From the NCBI RefSeq assembly GCF_004010195.1, contig NC_057750.1:3034761-3098760 (forward strand): a stretch of DNA of 64,000 bases, written 5' to 3'. Below, piece after piece: positions 63,523 through 64,000 of the stretch. Under the pieces are notes generated by a model, which was not told where the DNA came from, ran no database searches, and saw nothing but the letters and a program-made list of their open reading frames with translations. The stretch is from Chiloscyllium plagiosum. Its lineage: Eukaryota. The position numbers were made by a program, and so were the translations under genes. How positions within the stretch are numbered: position 1 is the stretch's first letter; each line of letters begins with the position of its first letter.

Positions 63523-64000
63523 TGGCAGCCCTAACAATCATAATGGAGTGCAATACAAAGCTAACCGCTACTACACTTGTCCAAATTCAAACACTAATTT
63601 CTAAGAAATGACTGCCCCAACTCTTTGGCTTTGGATGGTCCACCAGTTCAAGGACAAGACAGAAATTACTGGTCTCGGGGGGAAAAAGGGAGTCAAGGTA
63701 GATGTTGATTCATGACTGAACTGAATAGCAAAGCAGGAGTGAGGTGGTCTGTTCCTGTTTATGTTAAATTACATTATTTATAGGTGGTACAGTTACATGT
63801 TTTCATAAACTGAGGAAATTTAGCCAGGTTATCTAATTAGCATTTGCAGACCTATCCAATACCAATTCCCCACATAAGCTGCAAGGACACTGTGCATTGC
63901 CCAAATTACAATAGGTTATCAAAATAAAAAGAGCATCAATTCAGACATCTAAGACTTGGATCTCAGTTTTATTCCCTTAGTCAAACTTTTGGCATTTCAA

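Overview
Eukaryotic DNA from a cartilaginous fish (shark-type HE1-like SINEs, CR1/HER1 LINEs, Penelope-like elements), with one 192-nt N gap at 2418-2609. The right ~38 kb holds the 3' part of an alpha-actinin gene on the minus strand, best matching ACTN4. Exons 8 to 21 can be read with canonical GT-AG ends and the expected lengths, including both mutually exclusive pairs: 8a/8b (86 nt each) and EF-hand exons 19a/19b (81/66 nt). Exons 1-7 lie beyond the window. The left ~24 kb is mostly transposon-derived: CR1 fragments, SINEs, a truncated Gypsy LTR element with one LTR, and many Penelope-derived pieces. Position 1-240 looks like a GC-rich promoter/first exon. The most interesting signals are: (i) at least three families of short Penelope-derived elements carrying minimal hammerhead-ribozyme cores, found as long palindromes or as TSD-flanked solo inserts that start right at the ribozyme; (ii) the splicing-control layout around exons 19a/19b, with long AG-free zones, a candidate branch point only 42 nt from the 19a donor, and three TGCATG motifs; (iii) a perfect 102-bp inverted repeat plus a 96-bp direct duplication just upstream of exon 19a. 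Family assignments come from recalled sequences, not database searches, and repeat boundaries are approximate.
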